This document shows, one piece after another, positions 1-13,113 of a stretch of 64,000 bases of DNA (the stretch's first letter is position 1; each line of letters opens with the position of its first letter). The notes under the pieces are model-generated. The model saw only the letters and a program-made list of their open reading frames with translations. It did not search any database and was not told the origin of the DNA. A program made the translations under genes and the position numbers. This DNA is from Octopus bimaculoides (taxonomy: Eukaryota). The stretch spans positions 95,973,740 to 96,037,739 of the forward strand of contig NC_068988.1 of NCBI RefSeq assembly GCF_001194135.2, in the 5' to 3' direction.

Positions 1-424
1 ATCTTTCGGTCTTATACTTGACAGCTCGTTATTCTCACCTCTAAAGATGTATAACTAAAAGATATGTATGTTTATCACCTAAATAAATGTTGATTGAGTT
101 GTTTAGTCTGGAGTTCAGCGTTCCGTCTATTTCTTTAATTTTATAGTAGAAAGTCAGGTATACAATCTAAAGATGTATAACCCACTTTCTACTAAAATAT
201 GATCGGAAATATAACTTCGAAGTGTTCATGGTGTCATAAGAGAGGATGCGATTAAAGACTTTGTAATTAAAAGAAAAGTAGGAGAAAGCTTTTCAAATAT
301 AAATAAAGTGAAGGTATACGCAACTAAACGTTATTCTCTATCTTTCTGTTAGGTTTGTTTCATTTAGAAAAATAAAAAGTTATTTTATGATTTATTATAG
401 CTTATATTTTGAATTATATGTATA

Positions 425-480
425 TGGGCCACCAAAATGTTTTAAGTGCTTAGGGCCTCATTGGGTCTTAATCAGGTTTT
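425..480. mobile_element. Degenerate hAT-like DNA transposon terminus
   Basis: GGGCCCACCAAA...AGGGCCTC...GGTCTTAATCAGG resembles the reverse complement of CAGGGCCGGATTAAG-type hAT termini (recalled motif). No partner end seen. Confidence 0.25.
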
Positions 481-1341
481 CAATTTTTTAAGCTTGTTTT
501 TAATCGTCACTTTACCACATAGTGAATAGATAAACAAATTGAGTGGGTAAACAGAATATCATTTTCAAAAATGTAAATTTAACGGTTTTCGTTCGTTTAA
601 ACATTTATCCACATTCATATTTTCAAAAATTCGTTCAACTGCTGAGAGAATTCGATGTCTGCTAGTTGAAGCGAGAAAACATCTTTTTCCCATTGGACGC
701 TGCAGTGGAACGTCTGTCACGTGTCCATCACTGCACGTTTAAACAATGAAATCGTTATTCGTTCCATAAAATAAATGTATAAATAAACACATAAAATAAG
801 GTTTCTTCGTGTATCTCACTATCCATTTCTCTCTTCCATGTATCTATGTAATCCCTTTCCCCTCTGCCACCTTACACGCATAAACACCCCCACTCAACCA
901 TACACACATAATTGACCCCTTTATACACATATAGATATATATATAGAGAGAGAAAGAGAACGAGAGAGAGAGTGCGTATGTAGGTGTACGTGTCTATGTA
1001 TAAATGTGTATGTACGTGTGTGTGTGTGTGTATTAGTATGTGTGCATTTCAAACATGTATGTATATGGGGTATCATGCAAATTTTATACGTTTCACTTCC
1101 TTTTTCTCTCTCTGTACGCCTTCCTCCCTTAATTATTCTGATCTGGTTATTTTCCTCCCCCACCAAAACCTGCCCCGTCACATTCGACCTCCTATTTCTC
1201 TCTCTTCTCTCCTCTCTCTCTTCTCTCCTCTCTCTCTTTCCCATTCTCTATTTATCTGTTTATCTTTCCCCTATCAACTCGGTTATTTTATACTATTTAT
1301 CTGACTTGTCCATCTGTCAGATATAATGTATCTGACACTAA

Positions 1342-1888
1342 NNNNNNNNNNNNNNNNNNNNNNNNNNNNNNNNNNNNNNNNNNNNNNNNNNNNNNNNNNN
1401 NNNNNNNNNNNNNNNNNNNNNNNNNNNNNNNNNNNNNNNNNNNNNNNNNNNNNNNNNNNNNNNNNNNNNNNNNNNNNNNNNNNNNNNNNNNNNNNNNNNN
1501 NNNNNNNNNNNNNNNNNNNNNNNNNNNNNNNNNNNNNNNNNNNNNNNNNNNNNNNNNNNNNNNNNNNNNNNNNNNNNNNNNNNNNNNNNNNNNNNNNNNN
1601 NNNNNNNNNNNNNNNNNNNNNNNNNNNNNNNNNNNNNNNNNNNNNNNNNNNNNNNNNNNNNNNNNNNNNNNNNNNNNNNNNNNNNNNNNNNNNNNNNNNN
1701 NNNNNNNNNNNNNNNNNNNNNNNNNNNNNNNNNNNNNNNNNNNNNNNNNNNNNNNNNNNNNNNNNNNNNNNNNNNNNNNNNNNNNNNNNNNNNNNNNNNN
1801 NNNNNNNNNNNNNNNNNNNNNNNNNNNNNNNNNNNNNNNNNNNNNNNNNNNNNNNNNNNNNNNNNNNNNNNNNNNNNNNNNNNNNNNN
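1342..1888. other. Assembly gap (N run). Other gaps: 6177-6669, 8500-8709, 29199-29645, 30111-30575, 34911-35430, 39095-39312, 41676-41796, 43150-43164, 44355-45343, 46861-46900, 53515-53524
   Basis: Runs of n, many flanked by microsatellites. All X-rich ORFs in the track arise from these. Confidence 0.99.
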
Positions 1889-2470
1889 GGGGGGGAGATA
1901 ACGGTTGAAGAAGTAACCGAGAGACGCTGAAAAGATAAAGAGATGGAGAGAAATGGATAACGGATGAGATAAAGTATGATATGAGAGAGATAGAGAGAGA
2001 TAGAGAGATAAAGTGGTTCATATATATTTTTTAAATATTAATATTTAGTAGAAACAGTGACTCCAGGGCCGATAGTTTTGCGCGTTAGCAACTTATCAAC
2101 CTGGATAAAGTGGATGATAAAGAGATAGTAATACAGAGCAAAAGAAAAAGTATATAGAAAGAGGGTGAGTGTATAAATGTGTGAGAGAGAGAGAGTTTAG
2201 AGAAAGAGAGAGAGTTTAGAGAAAGAGAAAGGAACAAGAAAGGAGTAAAATAAGAAAATGGAGAAATCAGCTGAGAGAATGTAATGGAGAAACGAAATGA
2301 GAAAAGGACAGTTAGAAATGTAATAAATCTGAAAAGCAGGGACAAAGAAAGAGTAAAATATAGAACTGGAGCTCAAGTTTGGAATGACTCAAGTTCTGGA
2401 TGTGGAAGTTTCTGGGAGGGATTTGTTTTAATTTTGTTTGAAGGTCATGCGATGTTTTTCATTGAATATG

Positions 2471-2563
2471 TGCAGGAGTGGGTAAATGATTCAGATGATT
2501 GCTTCCCAGTCGTATGGTCTGGAGTGCAGTCCAACTGCGCTACACCTTGGGCGAATATCTTTT
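2471..2563 (+). mobile_element. SINE family B (CORE-type), degenerate 5' head fragment
   Basis: GTGCAGGAGTGG...ACACCTTGGGCGAATATCTT aligns by eye with the family-B head at 31910 and 49345. Confidence 0.6.
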
Positions 2564-2754
2564 AATAAATTGAAGAATCAAAGATAAAACTCAGCAAAGA
2601 AAGCCCATGCTGTGTTTGTTTTAATCAGCAAACACAACATATTTGTAATGTGTCTGTTGCAAAGAATATTGTAAAAAGCGAGCATCACCGTCATATAAGC
2701 GATGTTGTTTGTTTCCAGTCATCCTTAGGAAATATCAACTTGCTTAGAAACACG

Positions 2755-2870
2755 AAAGGGTTGTCGACAGGAAGGACATCCGACAGGAAATCTGCCTTAT
2801 ATTCCGTCTGACCAATAGAAAAGTGGACGTTATTAAACGATGACGGCGGTGGCACCCAGCGGCGACGATG
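2755..2870 (+). mobile_element. Family C variant (RTE-type LINE/SINE 3' tail)
   Basis: GGGTTGTCGACAGGAAGGACATCC...AAAAGTGGACGTTATTAAACGATGACG matches the reverse complement of 63222-63315 and ends in a GAT/GAC-like tail. Confidence 0.6.
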
Positions 2871-4035
2871 ACAGCGACAACTAATTGTTTCGGGGATGGG
2901 GGTGATAGATTTAAATCCTTTCCTTATAGCATTACTTCCGCTCATCATCTATGCAATATTTTAAAATAAGTTTCATTCCACTCAACGAATGTTCTTATTT
3001 GACTTTATTTCAATATATTTACTTTCACGTTTTTACCTTTTTATCTGGAAAAATCACAAAAACACAACGTTGTGTCATATGACGCCCCACCACCATTACT
3101 AGCATCGTCACCGGTAGGAAATATCAGGTTTTGTGAATAATGAAAGAAAAAAGGCAATACGATTGATCAACGATTTGATAAATATTTCTGATCAACGAAG
3201 TAAAACAATTCATTCCCATACACATGTGGATCAATGAAAGTTTGAGTCTTAAACTGGAAACGTATCGCAGCAACAATGGCGGCCGACTTCTCAGTACTAG
3301 TGGACTCTCTGGTAATAGAGGTAACAATATTACAGCATCATCAACTGCTACAAAACTCAGCGGAGGCGAATGGCCTTTTTTTCATTGACACCCATATTAG
3401 ACGACTCAGTAACACACACACAACTACACCTGCTCCTTTTAATATAGACATGTTTATATAAATGGGTTGTTTTTTTTAGTAATGACAGGCCCACCACCAA
3501 CTTTCCTGATAAATAGCATGGCTGACACTCATCGGCGCTGTCTCTCAGCTGGTTGTCAAGTTACAGGAATTGTTAACCGCTCTCTCGAAACTAATCGTAA
3601 CTCAGCCAAGTGGTTACGTTATGTAACAGTATTTTTTTTTACATCAAACGTGTGTGTGTGTGAGAGAGAGCATGTGCGTGTGTGTTTGAGCATGTGTGTG
3701 TGTGTACGCGTATGTGTGTATGCGTGTGCATGTGTGTTTGAACATGTGTGTGTGAGTGCGTGCGTGTGCGGGTGTGTGTGTTATAAAGTACTCTACATAA
3801 ACTGACCCATTTCTACTCTTAATTCATCCTAGGCAATCCGAAACTAATTAGATCTTAATTATTTAAAAGAATTTACCAATTTAGAATAGCACATTCAACA
3901 AGTATGTATCAATCATACGTTCAGTTGTCATTTCATTATCACACTGTCCATATTTATCTGCGTATATAACATATTTATATGTAGATACAACATTTATATG
4001 TATATACAACATATATATAGATATGTATGTGTGTA

Positions 4036-4085
4036 ATTTGGAGAAGCTTAGCTGGTATTTCTAGCAGATCAAACATTCTCCTTGT
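4036..4085 (-). mobile_element. Repeat family D fragment
   Basis: Reverse complement of the CTGCTAGAAAT..CAGC..A..TCTCC hallmark. Confidence 0.55.
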
Positions 4086-4446
4086 GTAGGAAAATTGCGT
4101 AACATATATTGCACTACTAATTATTGTTTGTTACGAGATTAATTAATTAATTGTACATAGTATTTATTGAGTCTTGACCAATATACATACATTCATGTAT
4201 GTATGTGTGTGTGTGTTCTTATATAAATTGAATTAAATACCATCTACTTTTAGCTACTGAATTATCTCCGCAGATGTTTCAATACATGAATTAATTAAGT
4301 GGAAGTTTTATTGCATTCCAGAAACCTCCTTAATAATCTCAAAATTACTATGGTGACCGTAGTGATGATTGTCGCATTGATGAAAGTCATCGCTGTGGTG
4401 GCCATGGTCATCATGGTAATGGCTGTATTCAAATACTGGTTTCAAA

Positions 4447-4649
4447 TTTTAGCACAAAGCCAATGATTCCGGGAGGAGGGGATAAGCTGATTACATCGAC
4501 CCCAGTACTCAACTGGTACTTATTTTATCGACCCCGGAAAGATGAAAGACAAAGTCGACTTCGGTGGAATTTGAACCCATTTGCGTAAAAGCGAACGAAA
4601 TGCCGCTAAGCATTTTGTTCGGTGCGCTAACGAATCTGCCAGTTGGCTG
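4447..4649 (-). mobile_element. SINE family A (tRNA-like head, central CCTTTCATCCTTTCGGGGTCGATAAA..AAGTACCAG domain)
   Basis: Reverse complement aligns with + copies at 43165 and 44234. B-box-like GGTTCAAATTCC is present. Confidence 0.85.
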
Positions 4650-4867
4650 TGTTCTAATATCACGATTCCATTCACATCCAAGATGCGGCAACTTTCGATA
4701 TTGGTACACAACATCATTCACCCATACAACCTTCCCTCATGACAGATTAAAAGGTTAGGCTGAAAAAGAGGGAGAATGACGTCGTCTCCTCACACCGCCA
4801 CTCGGTAGACCAATATCGAAAGAACGTCCCAAGATGTTTTAAATGAGTATTAACCTGCTCCTTTTCT

Positions 4868-5016
4868 TGACTGGTACTTATTTTATCGACCAAGTTTACC
4901 TTATGCCCAAAAGAGTGAAAAGCAAAGTTAACTCGATGGGATTTGAACTTAGGACATAAAGATCCATCACGAATTAATGTAACTACCTTGTCCGACTATT
5001 TAATGGCTCTGCCTGT
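4868..5016 (-). mobile_element. SINE family A, degenerate partial copy
   Basis: ACTGGTACTTATTTTATCGACC...GGATTTGAACTTAG is shared with 4447-4649. Confidence 0.65.
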
Positions 5017-5080
5017 CTTTCTCTCCCCCTCCCTCCTGCTGTTATTGGTGTTTATTTATTATTTTATTTTGATACAGTGA

Positions 5081-5270
5081 GAGGTCAACTCTGATCAAGG
5101 AAGGTAGGTGAACAAAAGATATCAAACCTTCACCAACCTTCCTTTACAATCTATTTTTCAAACACTGTCTATATATAGTCCGGTATATCCTTATTTAGGA
5201 CAGCAGGGTGTCATTTGAGGGAGTCTGGGCCTCTATTTCTAGCAGGATGAACGATCACGTAGAGACCCTT
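5081..5270 (-). mobile_element. Repeat family D
   Basis: GGGTGTCATTTGAGGGGAG...CTATTTCTAGCAGG is the reverse complement of the family-D hallmark. Confidence 0.65.
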
Positions 5271-5373
5271 TTGTTGGTTCGCAATAAACATCGCATAAGA
5301 ATATACATTGAAACAATGGAATCGTTAGGACATAATTGCTGATGTTGGTTGTGATAGAGGTTAGTCATTATAT

Positions 5374-5382
5374 AGCAGCAGT

Positions 5383-5457
<75 letters not shown>

Positions 5458-5485
5458 TGTTGTTGTTGTTGTTGTTGCTGCTGCT
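5374..5485. repeat. Compound trinucleotide microsatellite (CAG)n(TAG)n(TTG)n(CTG)n, next to a family-D tail (5486-5540)
   Basis: Seen directly. Confidence 0.95.
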
Positions 5486-6126
5486 GATTAGTACCAGGTT
5501 AATCATGATCGAGCAGGCCTTTGATGAAAACCAGCCCAATCACAAGTGGAATCGATCTATGCCAGTCTGTTTTGTTTTTGAAGGCAGTGTTTGATTAGAG
5601 CCAAGATTCTATGACTTAAACCTGTTACACACACACACACACATTCATATATACGTAAATATACGTCAAATATGTGGTACTGATAAGTTTTTTACATTAC
5701 AGAGTTACTATAATGGCAAAATTTGAATTTACTTTGTGCGATGCCATTTGTAAATCAGCAAATAGTTTGTACATTATCTGTATATACTTCAGACTAGAGA
5801 TTTCGATTGCAATTTGGAAATGTCGCGAGTGCACAGCATTGAAACGCGGCAATGACGGAGGAATACCGCATCTGCTTCTCTCATGTTCACATCTGCAACG
5901 ATTTCGTTCCGCCTATCTATGAAGTAAATTGTGTTTTTTAACACTATTCGCCTGTAGAAAGATTTTTCCCGAACGGAAAAGCACCTATATGTTCCTTAAA
6001 TACAAAATTATGTTTTATTTTTCATAACGACAAAATCAGAGTAAATATTTGTGAAGTTTTAGCCCTTAATTCCAAAGCCATTCTATGTACAGTATACTTT
6101 CTCTCCGTGTATATTTACATCGTTTG

Positions 6127-6127
<1 letters not shown>

Positions 6128-6176
<49 letters not shown>

Positions 6177-6669
6177 NNNNNNNNNNNNNNNNNNNNNNNN
6201 NNNNNNNNNNNNNNNNNNNNNNNNNNNNNNNNNNNNNNNNNNNNNNNNNNNNNNNNNNNNNNNNNNNNNNNNNNNNNNNNNNNNNNNNNNNNNNNNNNNN
6301 NNNNNNNNNNNNNNNNNNNNNNNNNNNNNNNNNNNNNNNNNNNNNNNNNNNNNNNNNNNNNNNNNNNNNNNNNNNNNNNNNNNNNNNNNNNNNNNNNNNN
6401 NNNNNNNNNNNNNNNNNNNNNNNNNNNNNNNNNNNNNNNNNNNNNNNNNNNNNNNNNNNNNNNNNNNNNNNNNNNNNNNNNNNNNNNNNNNNNNNNNNNN
6501 NNNNNNNNNNNNNNNNNNNNNNNNNNNNNNNNNNNNNNNNNNNNNNNNNNNNNNNNNNNNNNNNNNNNNNNNNNNNNNNNNNNNNNNNNNNNNNNNNNNN
6601 NNNNNNNNNNNNNNNNNNNNNNNNNNNNNNNNNNNNNNNNNNNNNNNNNNNNNNNNNNNNNNNNNNNNN

Positions 6670-6725
<56 letters not shown>

Positions 6726-6748
6726 GTGTGTGTGTGTGTGCGTGTGTC
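6128..6748. repeat. (GT)n microsatellite spanning a gap
   Basis: Seen directly. Confidence 0.95.
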
Positions 6749-6981
6749 AGCACATGTGGGTGTATTTATTTTGAAAACATTAGCGTTATGTTTTTGAATT
6801 CGAGTGCATGCTCGTTGGTCCGGAGAAATTTGTGTAACCGTCTGCACTGAAAGTTTCAAATATTGTATTTGTGTGCGCGCGCGCGTGCCAGCGTGGAAAA
6901 GCAGGAGTAAAACGAGGATATAAGTATACTTGTTTCATTGCACTTCTGCCATGTTGGGACACCCGTCTTGAAGGGTTTAGT

Positions 6982-7097
6982 CCAGTGGGCCACAGGTTGT
7001 GACCCCTGGTGGTCCGCAAAAGTAGTACTCGGGGCCCGTGGAAAAAACTCATTCAAATAAAAGGGGTCCTTGGTGGTGAAGAGGTTGGGAACCACTG
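6982..7097 (-). mobile_element. hAT-type non-autonomous element fragment
   Basis: Minus strand begins CAGTGGTTCCCAACCT and contains CAGGGGTCACAACCTGTGGCCC, both resembling hAT (Charlie-like) terminal motifs (recalled). Confidence 0.5.
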
Positions 7098-7134
7098 GGT
7101 TAGTTGAACAAATTGCCCTCAATATTTATTTTTA

Positions 7135-7428
7135 AGCCTGGTACTTACGTTTACGGTCTCCCTTGACGACCGAACCGTTAAGTTGCAGGAACGTAAACAA
7201 ACCAACACCAGTTGTCAATGTTGGGGGTTAAACACAAGGACACACACACACACACATATATGAATATATACGACGGGATTCTTTCAGTTTCCGTCTACCA
7301 TATCCACTTACAAAGGCGCTCTGGTTGCCCTGAGGCTATAGAAGACATTTGCCCAAGGTGCCACGCAGTGGGATTGAACCCAGAACCATGTGATAGGGAA
7401 GTAAACCTCTTACCACACAGCCACGTAT
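7135..7428 (-). mobile_element. SINE family B (CORE-type, OR2-like)
   Basis: Minus head CGTGGCTGTGTGGTAAG...GGTTCAATCCCACTGCGTGGCACCTTGGGCAAATGTC. The ACCTTGGGCAAGT segment resembles the MIR/CORE domain. Confidence 0.85.
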
Positions 7429-9049
7429 GTATGGATGGATGGGTGGATGGATGGATTGATTGATGGGTGGATGGATGTGCGCATGCATGAAGGCAGTACA
7501 TGTGAATAATACCCAATATACAGAAATATACGTATGTACGCACGAATATGCGAGTGTGTGTGTGTACACTGGTGAGATACATAGATGCATGCACGAACAT
7601 TCACACATATTTGTGTGTGTACGTGTGCACACTGACACTCACGCATTCACACACATAAACACACACACATACTCATAAACACACATACACATCACCAGCT
7701 CGTTCCTTTCCGGGTGAAAGAGATTTACCTTCTGCCTTTGGGAAGATGTTATTTACATCGTCTTGTCAGTTAAACATCCCCATTTGTCGTATTTTTCAAG
7801 GCAGAAGTTGTTATATTCCTATCTATCATTCTTCTGGGTCAACAGAAAGGGGCTCATACAGTAAATTAACACTTAGGCTTGTCTGAAAGGTAACTCCTGC
7901 TATTAAAGTAATTTATCTCTTGTAACGTTTTGGCTGTTTAACTGTTGGTCGTGTTTTTTTTATCAGAGATGCACAAACAACATGGCTGCCTCAGACGAAA
8001 AGTCTTGGTTACTTGACTTGCAAGAAATAACAGCGATAGTTGTTCAGTTTGGCTAGATTAAAAAAGTAAATAAAGATTAAGGAGGAGATAAGTCAACTTT
8101 TTACACAACATATACATACAGAGGAACAAGCACGCTCACACGTACAACCCATTAGCTTTCTTCTCTCCCCATTTCGTCAACTGACAACTGACAAGACAAC
8201 GTGCTTTTCACAGAAACAGCCCATTGCAATGTTTTGCTTTTTCGAGTCAAATCGAAAGAATACTCTTTCATCTTTGTAGGACAATTTTCATTTCGATAAT
8301 TTTAAAATGTTTCTCAAAGGTATAACCAGTCTTAAATAATCTAAGACGCATATCAGGTGTGGGTTATGTATGCAGGGGAAGGCGGTATAAGGAGATGATA
8401 TGACCTTTCCATATAACTGCCGGCGTACAGTAAACGATTTTTATTTTGTAAGTTTGTGCAAACAGATTGGAATATTTTGGCTTGCTTTCAGTATCTTATN
8501 NNNNNNNNNNNNNNNNNNNNNNNNNNNNNNNNNNNNNNNNNNNNNNNNNNNNNNNNNNNNNNNNNNNNNNNNNNNNNNNNNNNNNNNNNNNNNNNNNNNN
8601 NNNNNNNNNNNNNNNNNNNNNNNNNNNNNNNNNNNNNNNNNNNNNNNNNNNNNNNNNNNNNNNNNNNNNNNNNNNNNNNNNNNNNNNNNNNNNNNNNNNN
8701 NNNNNNNNTACACACACACATGTAATACACATGCGTACATATGACATATGCATTTACATGCGCATACATTTATATAAATATACATACACACACACAAACA
8801 CACATACGCGCACGTGTGTGTGTGTGTTATGATAGTCAGAAACACAGACAGCATCAAGGAATTCTGAATAATGCTGTCAGAAGTTCCGATCGTGGGCAAA
8901 AGTAACATTAACAGAAATGGCACCAACAGCATGAATTTGGCAACCACACCATTTCAATAATATTATTTGTCTTAGTGCAGTTGTACTGCTAAGTCAACAT
9001 TGGTGTCATCAACAACACGTGTAAATGAGTTTGTTTCGAACCAGGGAAG

Positions 9050-9205
9050 AAGTCTCTAAGTGGGTGCTTAGCTTGCTAGAAATTGCAGCCAAATGTATCT
9101 TAGATCACGCCTACAGTCTTTAAAAAGATGGACCAAGGCTCACGGTACCTTAAAAAAAAAAAGACAAGATCGTTGTGGTCAATGGTACCCTGAGACTAAA
9201 CCACC
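9050..9205 (+). mobile_element. Repeat family D
   Basis: TGCTAGAAATTGCAGCCAAATGTATCTTAGATCACGCC matches the family-D hallmark. Confidence 0.65.
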
Positions 9206-11539
9206 ACCACCACCACCACACAGTAGCAGCAACAACGATGTATTTCGCTTGAAAAGTGGTTTAAATATTATTTCCGACAGAAGGCCGGTGGATTATCAGA
9301 ATTGTTCCAGCGTTAATATCTATTTAGAATCTTAGTTCTGAATTCAAATCACACTGTGGTAAAGTTTGTTTTGCATTTTTTGTTTTGTTGTTTACTTGTC
9401 TTTTCATTTTTTGCCGTTTCCATTGCTGTTGTTACACATTCTCTGTTAATAGTGAGGAATTGGGAAACTGATAATGTATTGGCCGTTGGAAAAGCCAACA
9501 GCCCTCAGGATTTTCGAAGCCATATTGTTTTCTATTTAATATTTAACTTCGCTAATAAAAAGACTTAAAATTCACCCCCAAAGGAGCAAAACTTTATCAA
9601 AGCCAACCAGACTCAGAGGATGCGAGTTGGCTAAATAACGAAAAAGGTACGATAAAAATAAAAATTTCTTTCTTCAAAACAACAAAATTCAATAATGCCC
9701 GACATGTCGCTTAGAATTTTGCCTGGCGTGGTCAAATAGAACCATTGTATGTATTCTTTATTGCCCAAACTATCCTCCTAAGTCAAGTGTTTCCCATTAA
9801 TCATCTTGTGTGGAAATACAAACACAGGATTTCCCGCTTGCTTGACAAGCGGTTTCGAATCTCAGGTAGGGCCAAACGAGGTTCTACAGTAGGATTTAAC
9901 ATTTATTCATTACTGAGTTATTTCTGTCTTCGCCTCATTTTCTCTATTTTTTACATATAAACAAATATAATATAACTTACTGAAATGTGAAAGTTATTCC
10001 TCTAGTAATAATATCTAAGAATATCTCTATTCTAACGTTCAGCTTATCAGCAAAACACCTTTCCACTTAGTAATAACTACACCCAGACGTTCAAATTTTG
10101 TAGTTTCCTTACCTCTATAAGACTCATACTACACACCGCTTTCATTCCACGCGTATACCTACAAAACTAAATAAACAATTAACTAAGGTCCGAATTCACT
10201 CGAAGACTTTGAGGCCAAGGGATCGTGTCTCATCGTTAACGTTGTGTTTCAAATGAGTTAACTCCAGAATGGCCCAGTCTATCTGGCTGTCGATTGATGT
10301 GGCAACTTACTACCCCAGAATGCAGTAGCACTGTTGATTTGCCGTCATTCTGTTTACAGTGCAGAGTTTAATATCTCCCGTGGGAAATTCTCCTGACCTG
10401 CTGTAAACCAGCGTCCTACTGGTTAGGAAAAACCGGAGATAAACATCAGGCCATAATCATTAAAGATTCATTAACGATTAGCTTAATGCCTCCGGATGAG
10501 TGAAGGAGAGAGAGAGAGAGAAAAAAAACTAGTTTTTAGTAGTGACTCAATCGGTTGAGTGAGAAAATGTTTAAGGCTGACTCACAATTAATACATTTGC
10601 TGTGATGATGAAATCAACCTCTTTATCGCAAAACATTGATTCCAAATGGATATTTGCATAATGTAAAAGACATTTTTTTTCCTGTCGTTCCATACGTCTG
10701 TTTATTTAATATCTTTGCTTCACAGCAGAAAATGCAGTAAATGGTCTTTGCCTGTCCGCTGTTTTTACGACAGATGGTCATGTCCGCAGGGTACAACATC
10801 CATCTGTTAAGTCTGTAATTCATAACCAGTCACTAGTAAAGCTTTACATCTGCAAGCCGTGTCCAGAATCATGACATCGCGGTGAAGTCCATCCCTGCCA
10901 ACGCTGTTGAATACAGTCCAATCGAAAACCAAATCAATAAAGCAGATCCAACACTCTTTGTAACCAACAACTAGTTTGATTTTGATGAGTAAAATCCAAC
11001 TCCTGCCTGCACTGTTACTCTCCATTTTCCTGTGCACATGCGTGACATGGGTTCTCACTGCAGAGAGAAAGTGATTAGTTTTAGTTGCCAGCTCTGTCAA
11101 AGTTTATCTTCTCAAAATTTGTTTATCTCTCAGTTACCTAAGATCTGATGCATACTGCAAAGACAACACTTCACAGATAAGCTGTAATAAGACAAACTCA
11201 TCTGATGTTCTTACCAGTCTTACAAGACACATTCCTTCCCGCTGCAAATGTACCGCCATTCAACCTTTAATTAATATCGAATAAGCTCCCTTGTTTCTCT
11301 TAACTAAAATTAATCATTAATGCTAATGATTTTTTTCCTCTTCATTACGAGTGTAATCTTCATTAATTAAAAGAATTGGCTCACTTCATTAAGCATGCTA
11401 ACCTCCAACTTAATTAAGCGTTCTTCTTGCAAAAAGTGTCCCCGGCTAATCGCCCCCCCCCCATTCCACCACCACCAGTCCTCTTATTGAATCATCAATT
11501 GTATTGACTCCAGAGTTTGGGAGGAATGGTAACTTTTAT

Positions 11540-11640
11540 GTTGGTCGACCCGGAGTTGTGGTACACGACACTTGCCCAATGTGCAACGTAGCGGGACTGA
11601 ACACGGAACCACATGATTGCAAAGCGAGTTTCGTAGCTGT
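11540..11640 (-). mobile_element. SINE family B head fragment
   Basis: GACACTTGCCCAATGTGC...GGGACTGAACACGGAACCACATG is the reverse complement of the family-B head. Confidence 0.7.
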
Positions 11641-12199
11641 AAGGAAGTGAAAATTATTTCATTAGTGACTTTCTGGTGAACGGTGCGATTCCAAGCAGTC
11701 CTCGCTGTTCCATTTTCTAGTTTTTTTTTTCTCTCCGATTTCCATTGCCCCAATAAATGTTTTGTCCCGATGTTGAGCAGTGCATCAGGTAGGGTTTGTC
11801 CGTTTGCTTATAAATCAATAAACCTGTTGCATAGCTGTCATAGAAAGAAGGAAAAAAATCACATTCTGTCGATGGCATGACTCATCCGCTGACATAACAC
11901 CTAATATAGAGGGGGATGAATTACTCGGGTGAGTGAGAAGAATGGCGGAAGACGTGGAATGGAGAGAGGTTACGGATTGACTCACAAACCAGATTTCTTT
12001 GAATCATTTAATTCCATTCAACGTGAGCACACATGCATGTACACATATGTTACGGGCTGGTTGAGATCTTTGATGATACTGCCATTCCTTTATCTTCAGT
12101 TCTACTTTATTCAGGAACCACATTTTTCAACATTACAGCTTATTCATACAGAAATCGTCGTTCTTTACCTTAAATTTTTTTTTTAATGGAAGTAACTGG

Positions 12200-12356
12200 C
12201 ATATCCGTGCATGAATAATATGTACGTGTGCGTGCGTACGTATGTGTGTGTGTGTAAGTGCATTACAGACGCGTGTACACACACATACCTGTACACACAC
12301 AGACGATATATTTATAGTACATGTATATAAATATACATATATATATATATATATAT

Positions 12357-12387
<31 letters not shown>

Positions 12388-13075
12388 AATGCACAGGTAC
12401 ATACACATACATATATACACATATACATATATACACATATCCATACATAGACATACATATATACATATATGCATACATACATACATACATACATACATAC
12501 ATACATACATACATACATACACATGCGTATATTCTTCTTTCCTTCCTTCATACATTGTTCCATTAATTGGACTGGAGCCATGGAGGGACATCCCTTTCAA
12601 GGGGTTTAGGTGATCGATCATATCGATCCCTGTAAATATTTAAGTCTGCTGTTTATACAGTCGCTCTTTGTTGAATCGCCAGTTTACTGGACATGAAACG
12701 ATACAAAATAAACAAAAAACAAAAAAAAAACGGTGGGTTTTGACCAGAATCGGCATTAACCCAAACACACGCAAATACAAATATGCGCTCGCAAACACGC
12801 ATGCATACGCAAACGTAGCTGACAAGCGAACAAGGTGGGTAGGTAGACAGAGACAGAAAGACAGATAAATAAATAGGTAGGTGGGTAGAAAGAGAGAGAG
12901 AGACAGATGGATAGATATGTAGGTAGGTAGATAGATAGATTATGCATTTACGCACGCACATCCACACATATATGTATATATACCTTATATATATTTACAC
13001 ACGTGTCGTACATATATACACACGCACATATACATACATGTATGTATGTATACATATATATATATATACATATAA

Positions 13076-13111
<36 letters not shown>
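12200..13111. repeat. Microsatellite-rich tract: (TA)n, (CATA)n, (CA)n, (GATA)n
   Basis: Seen directly. Explains the YI/HT/CV-repeat ORFs. Confidence 0.9.

Positions 13112-13113
<2 letters not shown>

Noticed and set aside
2691-2948. Protein-looking minus ORF (…QTEYKADFLSDVLPVDNPF…)
   Set aside because: It is the antisense of a family-C repeat tail (2755-2870).
3276-3461. ORF MAADFSVLVDSLVIE… with a good Kozak context
   Set aside because: Short, with no homology recognised and only a moderate donor (GAG|GTAACA). Other frames are similarly open.
8870-8947. Signal-peptide-like start MVAKFMLLVPFLLMLLLPTIG; similarly MSKIQLLPALLLSIF at ~10985 (+)
   Set aside because: Hydrophobic runs arise by chance from T-rich DNA. 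There is no convincing donor or continuation.
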